A stretch of DNA of 64,000 nt. Origin: an uncultured Oscillospiraceae bacterium. Lineage in GTDB: Bacteria > Bacillota > Clostridia > Oscillospirales > Oscillospiraceae. Every line of letters begins with the position of its first letter. Within the stretch, counting starts at the first letter, position 1. A program made the position numbers and the translations under genes. The stretch spans positions 2,406 through 66,405 of the forward strand of contig CAJTVM010000001.1 of assembly GCA_910579595.1 (NCBI GenBank). Reading direction: 5' to 3'. Below, one piece after another: positions 9,639 through 18,998 of this stretch. The notes beneath the pieces were generated by a model. It worked only from the letters and a program-made list of their open reading frames with translations, made no database searches and had not been told where the DNA came from.

Positions 9639-9708
9639 CAATCCCCCCAGGCGGAACGGAGCGGACTTTGCGCCGGCGATGCGTTTTGCGGAATTATGCC
9701 GTCCCGCC

Positions 9709-9738
9709 TTGACATTTGTACCTCGGAGCGTTTATAAT
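9709..9738 (+). promoter_or_regulatory. Consensus SigA promoter of the PilZ gene
   Basis: TTGACA-N18-TATAAT. Confidence 0.7.
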
Positions 9739-9807
9739 TTGTAACAGTACGGCATTGTGAAAGCCGGGGGCGTTGCCCCGCGTATCATAAAGAGGTGGTG
9801 TGTTGCC

Positions 9808-10542
9808 ATGGGCTTTTTTTCCAATTTGCTCGGACGCTCTGAGGACAACTACGAATACGAAGCTGAGAGCACCGAAAACGAAACTGCGGGGACAATTCCG
9901 GAGCTTTATTCCGGCATGAAGCTGGAGGTGGAGACGCCGGAGGGCGAGGAGATCCTCTGCGGCCGGATCAGCGGGTATTCCGAAGGGGATGCCACCCTGA
10001 CACTGGAGCGCCTGCCCGGCGGGCTGTCCTTCAAAACCCGGCAGATTGGTACGGCGGTAACGCTCCGGGGTTACTATGAGAATTTGAGCCAGTTTGTCAT
10101 GAAGGGCACCATCCAGGAGTCCACCCGTCTGGTATGCCGGGTGAAGGACGTGAAGATGAAGCCCTTCCCGGAGCAGCGGCAGAATTTCCGCCTGCGGACC
10201 AATTGCACCGCCGCGCTGTACCTCCCCTCGGACGAGAGCCACAGCAATCCGGAGGAGTGCACCCTCATTGACATCAGCACCGGCGGGGCGTGCCTGGAGT
10301 CGGAATACCTCCACGGGGAGGATGAGGTGCTGCGGCTGCGGCTCAAGCTGGAGGACTATGTCCCCATGGAGTTCACCGGGGAGATCATCCGGGTGGTGGA
10401 GATGGAGCCAAAAAAATTCCGCTACGGCTTCCTGTTCGCCCAGCTCCAGGAGTCGGAGATGACCGATCTGACCCGGACGCTGTACAACATCCAAGTGGGC
10501 AATAAGCTGCCCTGGACGCGCCATAGCCAGGGGCATTGGTAA
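9808..10542 (+). CDS. PilZ-domain c-di-GMP receptor (YcgR/MotI-like architecture)
   Basis: RxxxR (QRQNFR) and DxSxGG (DISTGG), preceded by an N-terminal beta domain. Confidence 0.9.
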   Translation: MGFFSNLLGRSEDNYEYEAESTENETAGTIPELYSGMKLEVETPEGEEILCGRISGYSEGDATLTLERLPGGLSFKTRQIGTAVTLRGYYENLSQFVMKGTIQESTRLVCRVKDVKMKPFPEQRQNFRLRTNCTAALYLPSDESHSNPEECTLIDISTGGACLESEYLHGEDEVLRLRLKLEDYVPMEFTGEIIRVVEMEPKKFRYGFLFAQLQESEMTDLTRTLYNIQVGNKLPWTRHSQGHW

Positions 10543-10558
10543 CTCTTTCTAATATGTG

Positions 10559-10593
10559 AAAAGGACGGCCTCCTGTGGGGGCCGTCCTTTTTT
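10559..10593. terminator. Bidirectional intrinsic terminator
   Basis: AAAAGGACGGCC...GGCCGTCCTTTTTT between convergent genes. Confidence 0.85.
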
Positions 10594-10596
10594 GAT

Positions 10597-10779
10597 CTAT
10601 ATTCCCTTTTTATACAGCGCTTTCAGCTCTTTCTCGGTATATTGGGTGCCGTAGTACATATTGATGAGCCGTGTGGAGAAGTTCCAGCTCCATTGGTACT
10701 CATCCCGGTAGCGCAGCAGGGTGGGCAGGACGCCCTCGTCCCCGGCGGTGGCGGGGACGGTGTTCAGCGCCCGGCTCAT
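10597..10779 (-). CDS. 60-aa hypothetical protein (MSRALNTVPATAGDEG...LKALYKKGI)
   Basis: ATGA overlap with the beta-galactosidase stop; ends at the terminator. Confidence 0.6.
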   Translation of the reverse strand: MSRALNTVPATAGDEGVLPTLLRYRDEYQWSWNFSTRLINMYYGTQYTEKELKALYKKGI

Positions 10780-13562
10780 GACGGATCCCCCAGGCGGAGG
10801 ACAACGGAGAAGCGGTGATCCCGCTCCCCGCTGACGTGGTAGGGATCTTCCACATCCGCGCCCCAGCTGTCGATGCCACCCACGCCCCGCATGGCCCCGC
10901 ATACCGTCACCACAGTGCGCACGGGCCGGGGCAGCTCCTCCCGGTGGGCGGCCTGCTCCAGCTGCTGGGGAGTGTAGGGGATGGCGGAGAAAGCGAAAGA
11001 CCTGTCCGCCATTTCCAGCGTCAGCCTGGTCCCGTCCGCCATGGACAGCACGGCTGCGCGGGTGTCCACATGACAGCCGCACTCCTGGGGGACGAGATAG
11101 GCGGGGATGTGGGGGACTTCCCGGTGCCAGCCGAACACGCCGCCCTTTTTGCGGTCGGGGTACGTCTCCCCGGACAAGCCCAGCCATTCCACCTGCCCCA
11201 CCGGGACAGGGGTGGCAAAGCGCAGGCCGAACAGGGGCAGCTCAGGCCGTCCCGCCTCGCCGTAATAGTGGGCGTCCACCGTCATGCGCCCCGCGCTGTC
11301 CACAATGTAGGCCACCTCGGTGCGCAGACCCGGCAGGGCGGGGGCGGTGTAGGTGTAACGGATCATCACCATGTCCGGGGCTTCCACCGGCGCCTCCATT
11401 TTTTCGCACTGCTGCCAGCCGTCCGCCGCCGCCCAGATGGAGCTTTTGGCGGCGAAGCCGCTGCCCAGATCGTTTTCCGTGGGGGCGCGCCAATAGGCCG
11501 GACGGGGGGTGCGCCACAGCCACTCCCGGCCCCCGGTGCGCAGGGAGACAGGGCCGCCCTCGGCGTAGGAGAACAACACCTCGAAGCCGTCCCCCCGGAC
11601 GCCCAAGGCCCCGTCGCCGCGGGTGACGCGGAGGGGGGACTTCTTTTTTTGCATGGGAAGGGAGGCGGCTTGGGCCGCCGCTTCGTTGGCCGCGTCCTGC
11701 CGCGCCCGCTCCGCCGGAGAGGAATACCAGTACCGCACCTCCTGCATGGCGGGCTTTTCCGTTCCGTCGGCAAAGACGATGCCGTTGCCGCTGAAGGCGT
11801 AGTCCGTCTGCCTGTCGCCGAAGTCGCCGCCGTATCCCAAAACCCGTTCTCCGCTGCAATTGACGTGCCACAGGGCCTGATCCATGTAGTCCCAGATGAA
11901 GCCGCCCTGGTATTGAGGAAACTCCTCCCCCAGGCGGATATAGCTCTCCATGCCGCCGATGGAGTTGCCCATGTCGTGCATATATTCGCACAGGATAAAG
12001 GGCTTTTGCGGCCTGCTTTCCAAATAGGCCCGGATGTCCCACGGCCGGGCGTACATCCGGCTCTCCACGTCGGAGATGTGATCGAACTCCCGGCAGTTGA
12101 ACACGCCCTCGTAGTGCACCACCCGGCTGGGATCGTTTGCCCGGAAAAAGTCCGCCATGGCCTCGATGCAGGTCCCCGCGTAGGACTCGTTGCCGCAGGA
12201 CCAGAACAGGACGGAGACGTGGTTTTTGTCCCGCTCAAACATGGAGCGCGCCCGGTCCACCACGCACTCCCTCCACTCCGCCTTGCTCCCCGGCACGTTC
12301 CAGGACGGCTCGATGCCCCCCAGTTTCTGCCAGGAGCCGTGGCTCTCTAAGTTGGCCTCGTCGATCATGTAGATGCCGTTCCGGTCGCAAAGATGATACC
12401 ACGGGGTCTGATTGGGGTAGTGGCAGGTGCGCACGGCGTTGATGTTATTTCGCCGGAAGGTGGCCATAGCGGCCTCCATGTCCGCCATGCCGATGGCCCG
12501 GCCGGTGTCCGGGTTCCACTCGTGGCGGTTGACGCCGTTGAATACGATCCGCTCCCCGTTCAGGAGCAGCAGGCCGCCCTTCAGCTCAAACCGGCGGAAG
12601 CCGGTGTCGTAGGGGATAACCTCCGCCACGGAACCATCCGAAGCGGTGAGGGTGAGCGTTACCCGGTACAGCTCGGGGTTCTCGTGGCTCCAGGGGAGGA
12701 CGTGTTCAAAGCGGAAGGGCTGGCTGCGCAGATAGTCTCCCTCGGGAGTGAGTTCCAGACCACCGTCAAACAGTACGCCCTGCACCGGGTGGGCGATGTT
12801 ACACTGGATCTTCGCACCCTGGGTTGCCCCGCTGAGGCGCAGGCGGACAGACAGCGTCCCGGCGGCGTTGTCCTCCTCCAGCCCCGTCTGGAGCCACAGA
12901 TCCTCCAGATGCACCGTGGGCTTGGCATACAGGAACACAGGGCGGAAAATGCCGGAAAAGCGGAAAAAGTCCTGATCCTCGATCCACGCCGCGCTGGAGC
13001 GCTTGTACACCTCCACGCACAGACGGTTGCCCGTCTCCCGGATGCAGGAGGTCAGATCAAAGTCCGATGGCGTGAAGCTGTCCTCGGCGTAGCCCACAAA
13101 ACGCCCGTTGAGCCAGACGTAAACGGCCTGCTCCGCGCCCTGGAAGCTGACGCAAACCCGCTGTCCCCGCAGGCTGGGGGCCAGGTCGAATTCCCGGACA
13201 TAGCAGCCCACGGGGTCGTCGTCCAAATCCACCTCGGGCGGGCACAGCCCGGCGTGTCCGTCCCAGGGGTATAGGGTGTTGATATACTGGATCTGCCCAT
13301 AGCCCTGGGTCTCCATGTGCCCTGGCACCCGAATGGTTCCAAAAGCGGAATCGTCAAATCCCTCCCGCCAGAACTCCGCAGGACGGTCCGCGGGACAGGG
13401 ACTCCACGCGAACCGCCAAAGCCCGTCCAGGGACTGGCGCAGGGAAGTCTCCCCCCGCTCCGCCTCCTCCGCCGAGGCATAGCATACGTGGTCGGAATGG
13501 GCGTCCAGCCGGTTCACTTGGAAAACCGTGGGATTGCCCAAATAAGATAGCCTGTCGTCCAT
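10776..13562 (-). CDS. lacZ: GH2 beta-galactosidase (LacZ-like)
   Basis: EDQDFFRFSGIFR, GVNRHE, NAVRTCHYP, WSCGNE (acid/base), CEYMHDMGNS (nucleophile), C-terminal small-chain domain GVGGIDSWG. Confidence 0.93.
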   Translation of the reverse strand: MDDRLSYLGNPTVFQVNRLDAHSDHVCYASAEEAERGETSLRQSLDGLWRFAWSPCPADRPAEFWREGFDDSAFGTIRVPGHMETQGYGQIQYINTLYPWDGHAGLCPPEVDLDDDPVGCYVREFDLAPSLRGQRVCVSFQGAEQAVYVWLNGRFVGYAEDSFTPSDFDLTSCIRETGNRLCVEVYKRSSAAWIEDQDFFRFSGIFRPVFLYAKPTVHLEDLWLQTGLEEDNAAGTLSVRLRLSGATQGAKIQCNIAHPVQGVLFDGGLELTPEGDYLRSQPFRFEHVLPWSHENPELYRVTLTLTASDGSVAEVIPYDTGFRRFELKGGLLLLNGERIVFNGVNRHEWNPDTGRAIGMADMEAAMATFRRNNINAVRTCHYPNQTPWYHLCDRNGIYMIDEANLESHGSWQKLGGIEPSWNVPGSKAEWRECVVDRARSMFERDKNHVSVLFWSCGNESYAGTCIEAMADFFRANDPSRVVHYEGVFNCREFDHISDVESRMYARPWDIRAYLESRPQKPFILCEYMHDMGNSIGGMESYIRLGEEFPQYQGGFIWDYMDQALWHVNCSGERVLGYGGDFGDRQTDYAFSGNGIVFADGTEKPAMQEVRYWYSSPAERARQDAANEAAAQAASLPMQKKKSPLRVTRGDGALGVRGDGFEVLFSYAEGGPVSLRTGGREWLWRTPRPAYWRAPTENDLGSGFAAKSSIWAAADGWQQCEKMEAPVEAPDMVMIRYTYTAPALPGLRTEVAYIVDSAGRMTVDAHYYGEAGRPELPLFGLRFATPVPVGQVEWLGLSGETYPDRKKGGVFGWHREVPHIPAYLVPQECGCHVDTRAAVLSMADGTRLTLEMADRSFAFSAIPYTPQQLEQAAHREELPRPVRTVVTVCGAMRGVGGIDSWGADVEDPYHVSGERDHRFSVVLRLGDPS

Positions 13563-13660
13563 AACGCTGTCTCCTTGCCATCTGTTTTATCAATGGCTAT
13601 AGTATCACAAAGGGGGACGGATTACAACCACGATTCCATTGCCCGGGCGTCGCTCCCCGC

Positions 13661-13688
13661 TTATGTTTTTCCGCAAATGGGACGATAT
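13661..13688 (+). promoter_or_regulatory. Possible sigma-28 (SigD/FliA) promoter
   Basis: TTAT-N16-GACGATAT against consensus TAAA-N15/16-GCCGATAT, upstream of the flagellin-like gene. Confidence 0.45.
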
Positions 13689-13738
13689 GATAAAAAAGGA
13701 GAGCGGCGGAAGCCGCCTGACGGAAGGAGAACCATGGC

Positions 13739-16699
13739 ATGGGTGAGCTGAGCGTACTCAGAAGGAACAGGGAGATGGCGGTGCCCCAATATCAGAAGCT
13801 GGGCAAAACGGAGAAGCGGTCCGCCGCAGCCGGGACGCAGCGGACCGCCAGCCGGGCGGCGGTAACCGTCTCGGAGACCCTGCGGCAGCTGATGGGCCGG
13901 GTGAGCCAGGCGGACCGGCAGATCCGGGAAGGCCGGCGCACCCTCCAGTCGGGGGAAGCGGCCCTGGCGGAGGTGGAGGACAGCCTGAGCCGCATGGAAA
14001 AGCTGGCCCGGCAGGCCGCGGGGGACGGCAAGGTGGATCGCGGCGCCCTGCAAAGCTCCCTGGAGCAGATCCGGGGGGAGATCGAGCGGATTGCCCAGAA
14101 CGGCATCAAGGATGGGCTGTTCCAGGACGGCGGCGGCTGGGAGGGCCTGGACGCCCTGGTGGACGCGGTGATGGACGGCCTGGGCGCGAAGCAGGACGGG
14201 GTGGGCGGCCTGCCCGCCTGGCTGTTGAGCGCAGCGGCGGGGGACGCCCCCGACGCGGGGAAGCTGCTGGCCGCTCTGGGGCTGGACGCCAGCGCCAGCG
14301 GCAGGGATATCCTGGCGGCGCTGGGAAAGCTGCCCCTGTCGGAAAGCCCCGACGCCGGGTATCTGGCCACCATTTACCTTGGAACGGTGATCGCCGGCGG
14401 CACGCCCCACGGCGCCATCGACCCGGAGCTGGCCGCGGCGGGGCTGGGGCTGCTGCTGTCGGCGGTGGCGGACGGCGAGCTGCCGGATGAGGCCCTGGCG
14501 CGGCTCACCGGGGGGGCGTTTACCAGTCTGGCGGACTTTGAGGCTCAGTTTACTGCGGGCACCGCCCCTGGGCTTGAGGTATTCTTGACGGATCTGCTGC
14601 TCAACGGCGGCGAGCTGGCCGGGGATTCCCTGCTGGGTATGCTGGCGGGCGGCGGCGATATAGAGGCGCTCATGGATTTGCTGGCGGCCCTGGGCGGCTC
14701 CGGGGACGGGCTGCTGGCGCTGCTGGACGGGCTGGGCTCCTCCGGAGAGGGCGCGGCCCTCCAGGGGCAGCTGCCGGATCAGGGCGCGGCCCCCCCGCCC
14801 ATGGAGACGGAGGAACTGGGGGACATTCAGGCAGCGGGCCGGGATCTGTCCGGCGTGGCGCTGGACGGAAAAACCGGCGCGCTGACGCTGCGCGGGGAGG
14901 CGGAAGTGATCCTCCGGGGGCTGGGCCGGGAGGCCCAGGCCATCCGTCTGACCAGCCCGGGGGCGGCGATCCTCCAGCAGGTGGAGGCCCGCCTGCTCAG
15001 CGCGGAAGGCCCCCAGACGCGGATCGTCATCGTGGAGGAAAGCGCACTGGCCATGCTGCGGCTGGAAAAGGGGAGCACCCTCACGGTGGACGGCGGCGGG
15101 CTGTTGCGCATCGGATCCCTCCGGGCCGGGGCGGGCAGCGTCCTGCGGCTGGTAGGGGGCACGGTGGTGCTGACGGAAATCGAGCGAGGGAAGCAGACGG
15201 CTTCGGTGGTGGTGGACGGCCCCGTTTCCCTGCTGGCCCCGGCAGGGGTGGCCGTGCGCAGCGCCCAGGGCCAGCAGCTGTCCCCCTTTGATATCCTGTG
15301 GAAGACCATGCTGCCGGAGTGGAGCTCCCTCACGTCCCTGGCGCTGGACGGCAGGCAGGGGCGGATGGCGCTGTCGGGGGAGCAGATGGATCTCACCCGG
15401 CTGTGGCTGCTGGGGAGGAATAATGACAAGGACTACCCCGCCCATTCCATCGTCCTGCGGGGCAGGGATCGGGCTGGCCGCCCCACCACCCAGTACATCT
15501 ATGTGCGCTGGGACGAAAAGTCGGGAGGCTTCCAGCAGATCTCCATGTACCCCAACCCCTTTACCGTCACCGGCGGCGAGCCGGAGGTGGACTGGCGCTA
15601 CGAGGAGGAGAGCCAGACACTGACCATCCTCACCGCCGAAGTGACCGCCGTAGCGGGAGGGCGCGGCATGGACGCCAACCAGGTTTCCTTCAGCGGCAGG
15701 CTGGCGCTGGCCCACGGCATCGGCATGATCAAGCTGGAGCTGGACGGGGTGGAGTGCCGGGTAGCCGAGGGCCGGGCGTTTTACCTGGGCCGGGGCAACG
15801 CGGTGACGCTGCTGCTCCGGCGGGAAACCGTCAACGTGTTTGAAAGCGGCGCGGGTTTCGCGGGCGTCTCCTTGGGGGACGGCACCTCGCTGTGCGTCGG
15901 CAACGCCCCAGGCGATAGAAGCAAGCCGGAGGGGCGGCTCACCGCCACCGCCGGATCCGGCGGCGCGGGCATCGGACGGGACAGCAGCGCGGGCCAGGAG
16001 CCCACCGGGGCCATCCTCATCCGGGGCGGCGTGATCACCGCCACCGGCACCGGGGGCGGCGCGGGCATCGGCGGGGCGCTGGGCGCGGCCGCGGGAGATA
16101 TCCGCATCCAGGGGGGCACGGTGACCGCCCAAGCCGCCTGCTGCGCCGCCGCCATCGGCGCGGGCATACAGGGGGGCTGCGGCGATATTATGATTGCAGG
16201 CTCCGCCAAGGTGGCAAAGGCCCAGGGCGGCGGGCCGGACGGGGACATCGGCGGCTGCCTGTTCGGCAACTGCGGGAAGGTGGAGGTGTCCGCCGCCGCC
16301 CAGACCGGCGGGGCAAAGCTGTGGACCCAGAAGGGCCTTTCCATCCAGGTGGGGGAGGCGTCGGTGACGCTGCCCAAGTTCCGGGTGTCCGCCCGGGCCC
16401 TGCGGCTGGACGGGCTGAGCGTGGCCACCCGCGAGTCGGCGCGGGCCGCTATCACCGTGCTGGCCACCGACAGGCGCTGGGTCACCCGGCTCCAGGGAGC
16501 CTACGGGGCCATGTACGGCCAGCTGGGCCAGAGCTTCAGCAGTATGTACAGCGTCCAGCGGTACACCAGGGTGGTGCGGGACGCCGACGAGGCCAAATCG
16601 CTGAGCACTGACATCCGTGAGGTGCTGCGGCAGTCCCCCAAGGCTGTTTTCCTGCGCCAGCGGGGGATGGAGGACGTGGCCGGCCTCCTGCGGGGCTGA
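13739..16699 (+). CDS. Large divergent flagellin-like protein with ~750-aa central insertion
   Basis: N-terminus VSETLRQLMGRVSQADRQIREGRRTLQSGEAALAEVEDSLSRMEKLARQAA and C-terminus LSIQVG...GAYGAMYGQL...VRDADEA...VAGLL match flagellin N/C helices; central GAGIG repeats. Confidence 0.75.
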   Translation: MGELSVLRRNREMAVPQYQKLGKTEKRSAAAGTQRTASRAAVTVSETLRQLMGRVSQADRQIREGRRTLQSGEAALAEVEDSLSRMEKLARQAAGDGKVDRGALQSSLEQIRGEIERIAQNGIKDGLFQDGGGWEGLDALVDAVMDGLGAKQDGVGGLPAWLLSAAAGDAPDAGKLLAALGLDASASGRDILAALGKLPLSESPDAGYLATIYLGTVIAGGTPHGAIDPELAAAGLGLLLSAVADGELPDEALARLTGGAFTSLADFEAQFTAGTAPGLEVFLTDLLLNGGELAGDSLLGMLAGGGDIEALMDLLAALGGSGDGLLALLDGLGSSGEGAALQGQLPDQGAAPPPMETEELGDIQAAGRDLSGVALDGKTGALTLRGEAEVILRGLGREAQAIRLTSPGAAILQQVEARLLSAEGPQTRIVIVEESALAMLRLEKGSTLTVDGGGLLRIGSLRAGAGSVLRLVGGTVVLTEIERGKQTASVVVDGPVSLLAPAGVAVRSAQGQQLSPFDILWKTMLPEWSSLTSLALDGRQGRMALSGEQMDLTRLWLLGRNNDKDYPAHSIVLRGRDRAGRPTTQYIYVRWDEKSGGFQQISMYPNPFTVTGGEPEVDWRYEEESQTLTILTAEVTAVAGGRGMDANQVSFSGRLALAHGIGMIKLELDGVECRVAEGRAFYLGRGNAVTLLLRRETVNVFESGAGFAGVSLGDGTSLCVGNAPGDRSKPEGRLTATAGSGGAGIGRDSSAGQEPTGAILIRGGVITATGTGGGAGIGGALGAAAGDIRIQGGTVTAQAACCAAAIGAGIQGGCGDIMIAGSAKVAKAQGGGPDGDIGGCLFGNCGKVEVSAAAQTGGAKLWTQKGLSIQVGEASVTLPKFRVSARALRLDGLSVATRESARAAITVLATDRRWVTRLQGAYGAMYGQLGQSFSSMYSVQRYTRVVRDADEAKSLSTDIREVLRQSPKAVFLRQRGMEDVAGLLRG

Positions 16700-16779
16700 C
16701 CGGTTGGCGGGCAGAGGATCCCCGGCACGCTTTGGATCGCGTGCCGGGGATATTTTTCTGCGAAAACCGGGGAGGGGTC

Positions 16780-16808
16780 TTGACCGGTTTGGTCAATGGG
16801 GGTATGGT
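16780..16808 (+). promoter_or_regulatory. Promoter with overlapping TetR operator palindrome
   Basis: TTGACC-GGTTT-GGTCAA covers the -35; TATGGT lies 17 nt downstream of the -35. Confidence 0.7.
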
Positions 16809-16830
16809 GGGGATGAAAGGAGGGGGCGCT

Positions 16831-17460
16831 ATGAACCCGAAGTTCTTCCAGCTCCCCGAGGAGAGGCAGGATCTGATCCGCAACAGCGCCATGGTGGAGT
16901 TCGGCGAGGGCACGTTCAAAAAAACATCGGCGGACGCCATCGCCAAGCGGGCGGGGGTGTCCAAGGCCCTGCTGTTCCACTACTTCAAGGACAAGCGGGA
17001 GATGTACCTCTATCTGTTCCAGTACGCCATCGACCAGTGCATGGAGATCTTCAACCGGCATATGCTGAAAGCCAGCTATTTCGGGGAAACAGACTTTTTT
17101 CTCACGCTGGAAAAGGGGCACCAGGTGAAAATGGACATGGTGCGCCGTCATCCGGGGCTGTTCCGATTTGTCATGCGGGCCTATTACGAACGGGACGGCG
17201 TTCTGTCCCCCAGGCTGCGGAAGAAGCTGGACGATGTGCTGGAACAGGCCACCGGCAGCTTTCTGGAGCGAATGGATCTGTACAAGTTCAAGGACGGGGT
17301 AGATCCCAAGGCGGTGGTGCGGCTGCTGATGCTGGCCTCCGAGGGAATGCTGGCGGAGACCGGGGCGTATACCGCGGAGGAAATCGGCAGGCTGTTTGCG
17401 GAGTATAAGAAATACGCGGATATGCTCCGCCAATTTCTCTATAAGGAGGAATACCTATGA
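16831..17460 (+). CDS. TetR/AcrR-family regulator
   Basis: HTH SADAIAKRAGVSKALLFHYFKDK; RBS AGGAGG before ATG 16831. Confidence 0.93.
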   Translation: MNPKFFQLPEERQDLIRNSAMVEFGEGTFKKTSADAIAKRAGVSKALLFHYFKDKREMYLYLFQYAIDQCMEIFNRHMLKASYFGETDFFLTLEKGHQVKMDMVRRHPGLFRFVMRAYYERDGVLSPRLRKKLDDVLEQATGSFLERMDLYKFKDGVDPKAVVRLLMLASEGMLAETGAYTAEEIGRLFAEYKKYADMLRQFLYKEEYL

Positions 17461-18149
17461 TTCGGCTTGACCATCTGACCAAAACCTACGGCAGGGCCCG
17501 GGGGGTGGCGGATCTGACCCTCCGCGTCCCGGAGGGGAGCTGCTTCGGCTTCATCGGACCCAACGGGGCGGGGAAGTCCACCACCATCCGCACCTTGCTG
17601 GGGCTGCTGTCTCCCACCGGTGGGTCGGCCAAGGTGCTGGGGCTGGACTGCGCCCGGGAACGGCGGAAAATATTGGCCCAGGTGGGCTATATGCCCTCCG
17701 AGGCCATGTTTTATCCGGATATGCGGGCGGGGGAGGTGATCCGGCTGTCCGCCAATCTGCGCGGGCAGGACTGCGGGCGGGAAGCCGCCGCCCTGTGCGA
17801 GGCGCTGGAGCTGGACAAGCGCAAACGCGTCCGGGAGCTGAGCCTGGGCAACCGGAAAAAGGTGTCCATCGTATGCGCTATGCAGCACCGGCCAAAGCTG
17901 TACATCCTGGACGAGCCTACCAGCGGCTTGGATCCCCTGGTGCAGCGGGCCTTCTGGGCGGAGCTGGAAGCCCGCCGGCGGGAGGGGGCCACGGTGTTTT
18001 TGTCCTCCCATGTACTCTACGAGGTGCATCGGTACTGCGATCGCGCCGCCATCATCCGGGAGGGGCGGCTGGTGGTGGAGGGAACCACGGCAGAACTGGA
18101 CATTGAGAATAAGTTCTTTGACTACTATGAGGGGAGGGCGGGACAATGA
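17457..18149 (+). CDS. ABC-2 type transporter ATP-binding protein
   Basis: Walker A GPNGAGKST, signature LSLGN, Walker B ILDEPT, SSH switch. Confidence 0.95.
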   Translation: MIRLDHLTKTYGRARGVADLTLRVPEGSCFGFIGPNGAGKSTTIRTLLGLLSPTGGSAKVLGLDCARERRKILAQVGYMPSEAMFYPDMRAGEVIRLSANLRGQDCGREAAALCEALELDKRKRVRELSLGNRKKVSIVCAMQHRPKLYILDEPTSGLDPLVQRAFWAELEARRREGATVFLSSHVLYEVHRYCDRAAIIREGRLVVEGTTAELDIENKFFDYYEGRAGQ

Positions 18150-18931
18150 CCATTTTCCGCAAGGAGCTGCGCACCGGGGCGGTGGGCTTCCTGGTGTGGG
18201 CCGCCGTTATTGGCGGGTTAATGGCGGTGTGCGTGGGGCTGTACCCCTCCATGTCGGGGTCTATGGAGGATATGTCCGCCCTGTTCGCCGGGATGGGGGA
18301 CTTTTCCGCCGCGTTCGGGCTGGACAAGCTGCAGTTCGGATCCATTATGGGCTTTTACGGAACGGAGTGCGGCAACATCCTGGGGCTGGGCGGGGGATTT
18401 TACGCCGCCCTCACCGCCATGGGCCTGCTGGCGGGGGAGGAAGGGGGCCATACGGCGGAATTCCTGCTTACCCACCCCGTCAGCCGCCTGCGGGTGGCGG
18501 CGGAGAAGCTGCTGGCGCTGGCGGCGTTGATCGTGGGTCTGAACCTGGTCTGTTTTGCCTGCGGCGCGGGCGGCATCCTGGCCATCGGGGAGGACGCGGA
18601 CTGGAACAGCCTGCTGCGCTACCACGGGGCGCTGCTGCTGATGCAGGCGGAAATGGGCGCGCTGTGCTTCGGCCTGTCGGCGGCGCTGCGCCGGGGCGGG
18701 CTGGGGCTGGCCATGGGACTGGCCGCGCTGCTGTACTTCGCGGGGCTGCTGGTCAACCTGGACCAGGGGCTGGACTGGCTGCGGTTCGTCACCCCGTACT
18801 ACTACGCCGACGCCGCCCGGATTTTTGCCCGGGAGGCCATGGCTGGCCCGGTACTGGCGGGCTGCGCCCTGGGGGCGCTGGGGGCGGGGTTCGGCCTGTG
18901 GTGGTATGGACGGAAGGATATTGCGCCGTAG
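18146..18931 (+). CDS. ABC-2 type transporter permease
   Basis: ~6 TM helices, EEGGHTAEFLLTHPVSR motif, coupled to the ATPase gene. Confidence 0.9.
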   Translation: MTIFRKELRTGAVGFLVWAAVIGGLMAVCVGLYPSMSGSMEDMSALFAGMGDFSAAFGLDKLQFGSIMGFYGTECGNILGLGGGFYAALTAMGLLAGEEGGHTAEFLLTHPVSRLRVAAEKLLALAALIVGLNLVCFACGAGGILAIGEDADWNSLLRYHGALLLMQAEMGALCFGLSAALRRGGLGLAMGLAALLYFAGLLVNLDQGLDWLRFVTPYYYADAARIFAREAMAGPVLAGCALGALGAGFGLWWYGRKDIAP

Positions 18932-18943
18932 ATTCCGGCGCGT

Positions 18944-18983
18944 AAAAAGGATCGGCATTCCCAGTGAATGCCGATCCTTTTTT
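18944..18983. terminator. Bidirectional intrinsic terminator
   Basis: AAAAAGGATCGGCATTC/GAATGCCGATCCTTTTTT. Confidence 0.88.
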
Positions 18984-18998
18984 GAATAAAGCGGTGTG

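Noticed and set aside
9739..9807. c-di-GMP riboswitch upstream of the PilZ gene
   Set aside because: The leader is short and lacks the GGCAAAC..GAAA..GCAAAGC two-stem pattern
10597..11187. 196-aa ORF as listed in the track
   Set aside because: The first ~135 codons overlap lacZ in another frame; only the last 60 codons from ATG 10779 look real
13661..16132. 823-aa minus-strand ORF and similar long antisense ORFs (e.g. 30956-33496, 45594-47741, 49730-52015, 59883-62282)
   Set aside because: Shadow frames of high-GC genes on the opposite strand; no recognisable motifs or RBS
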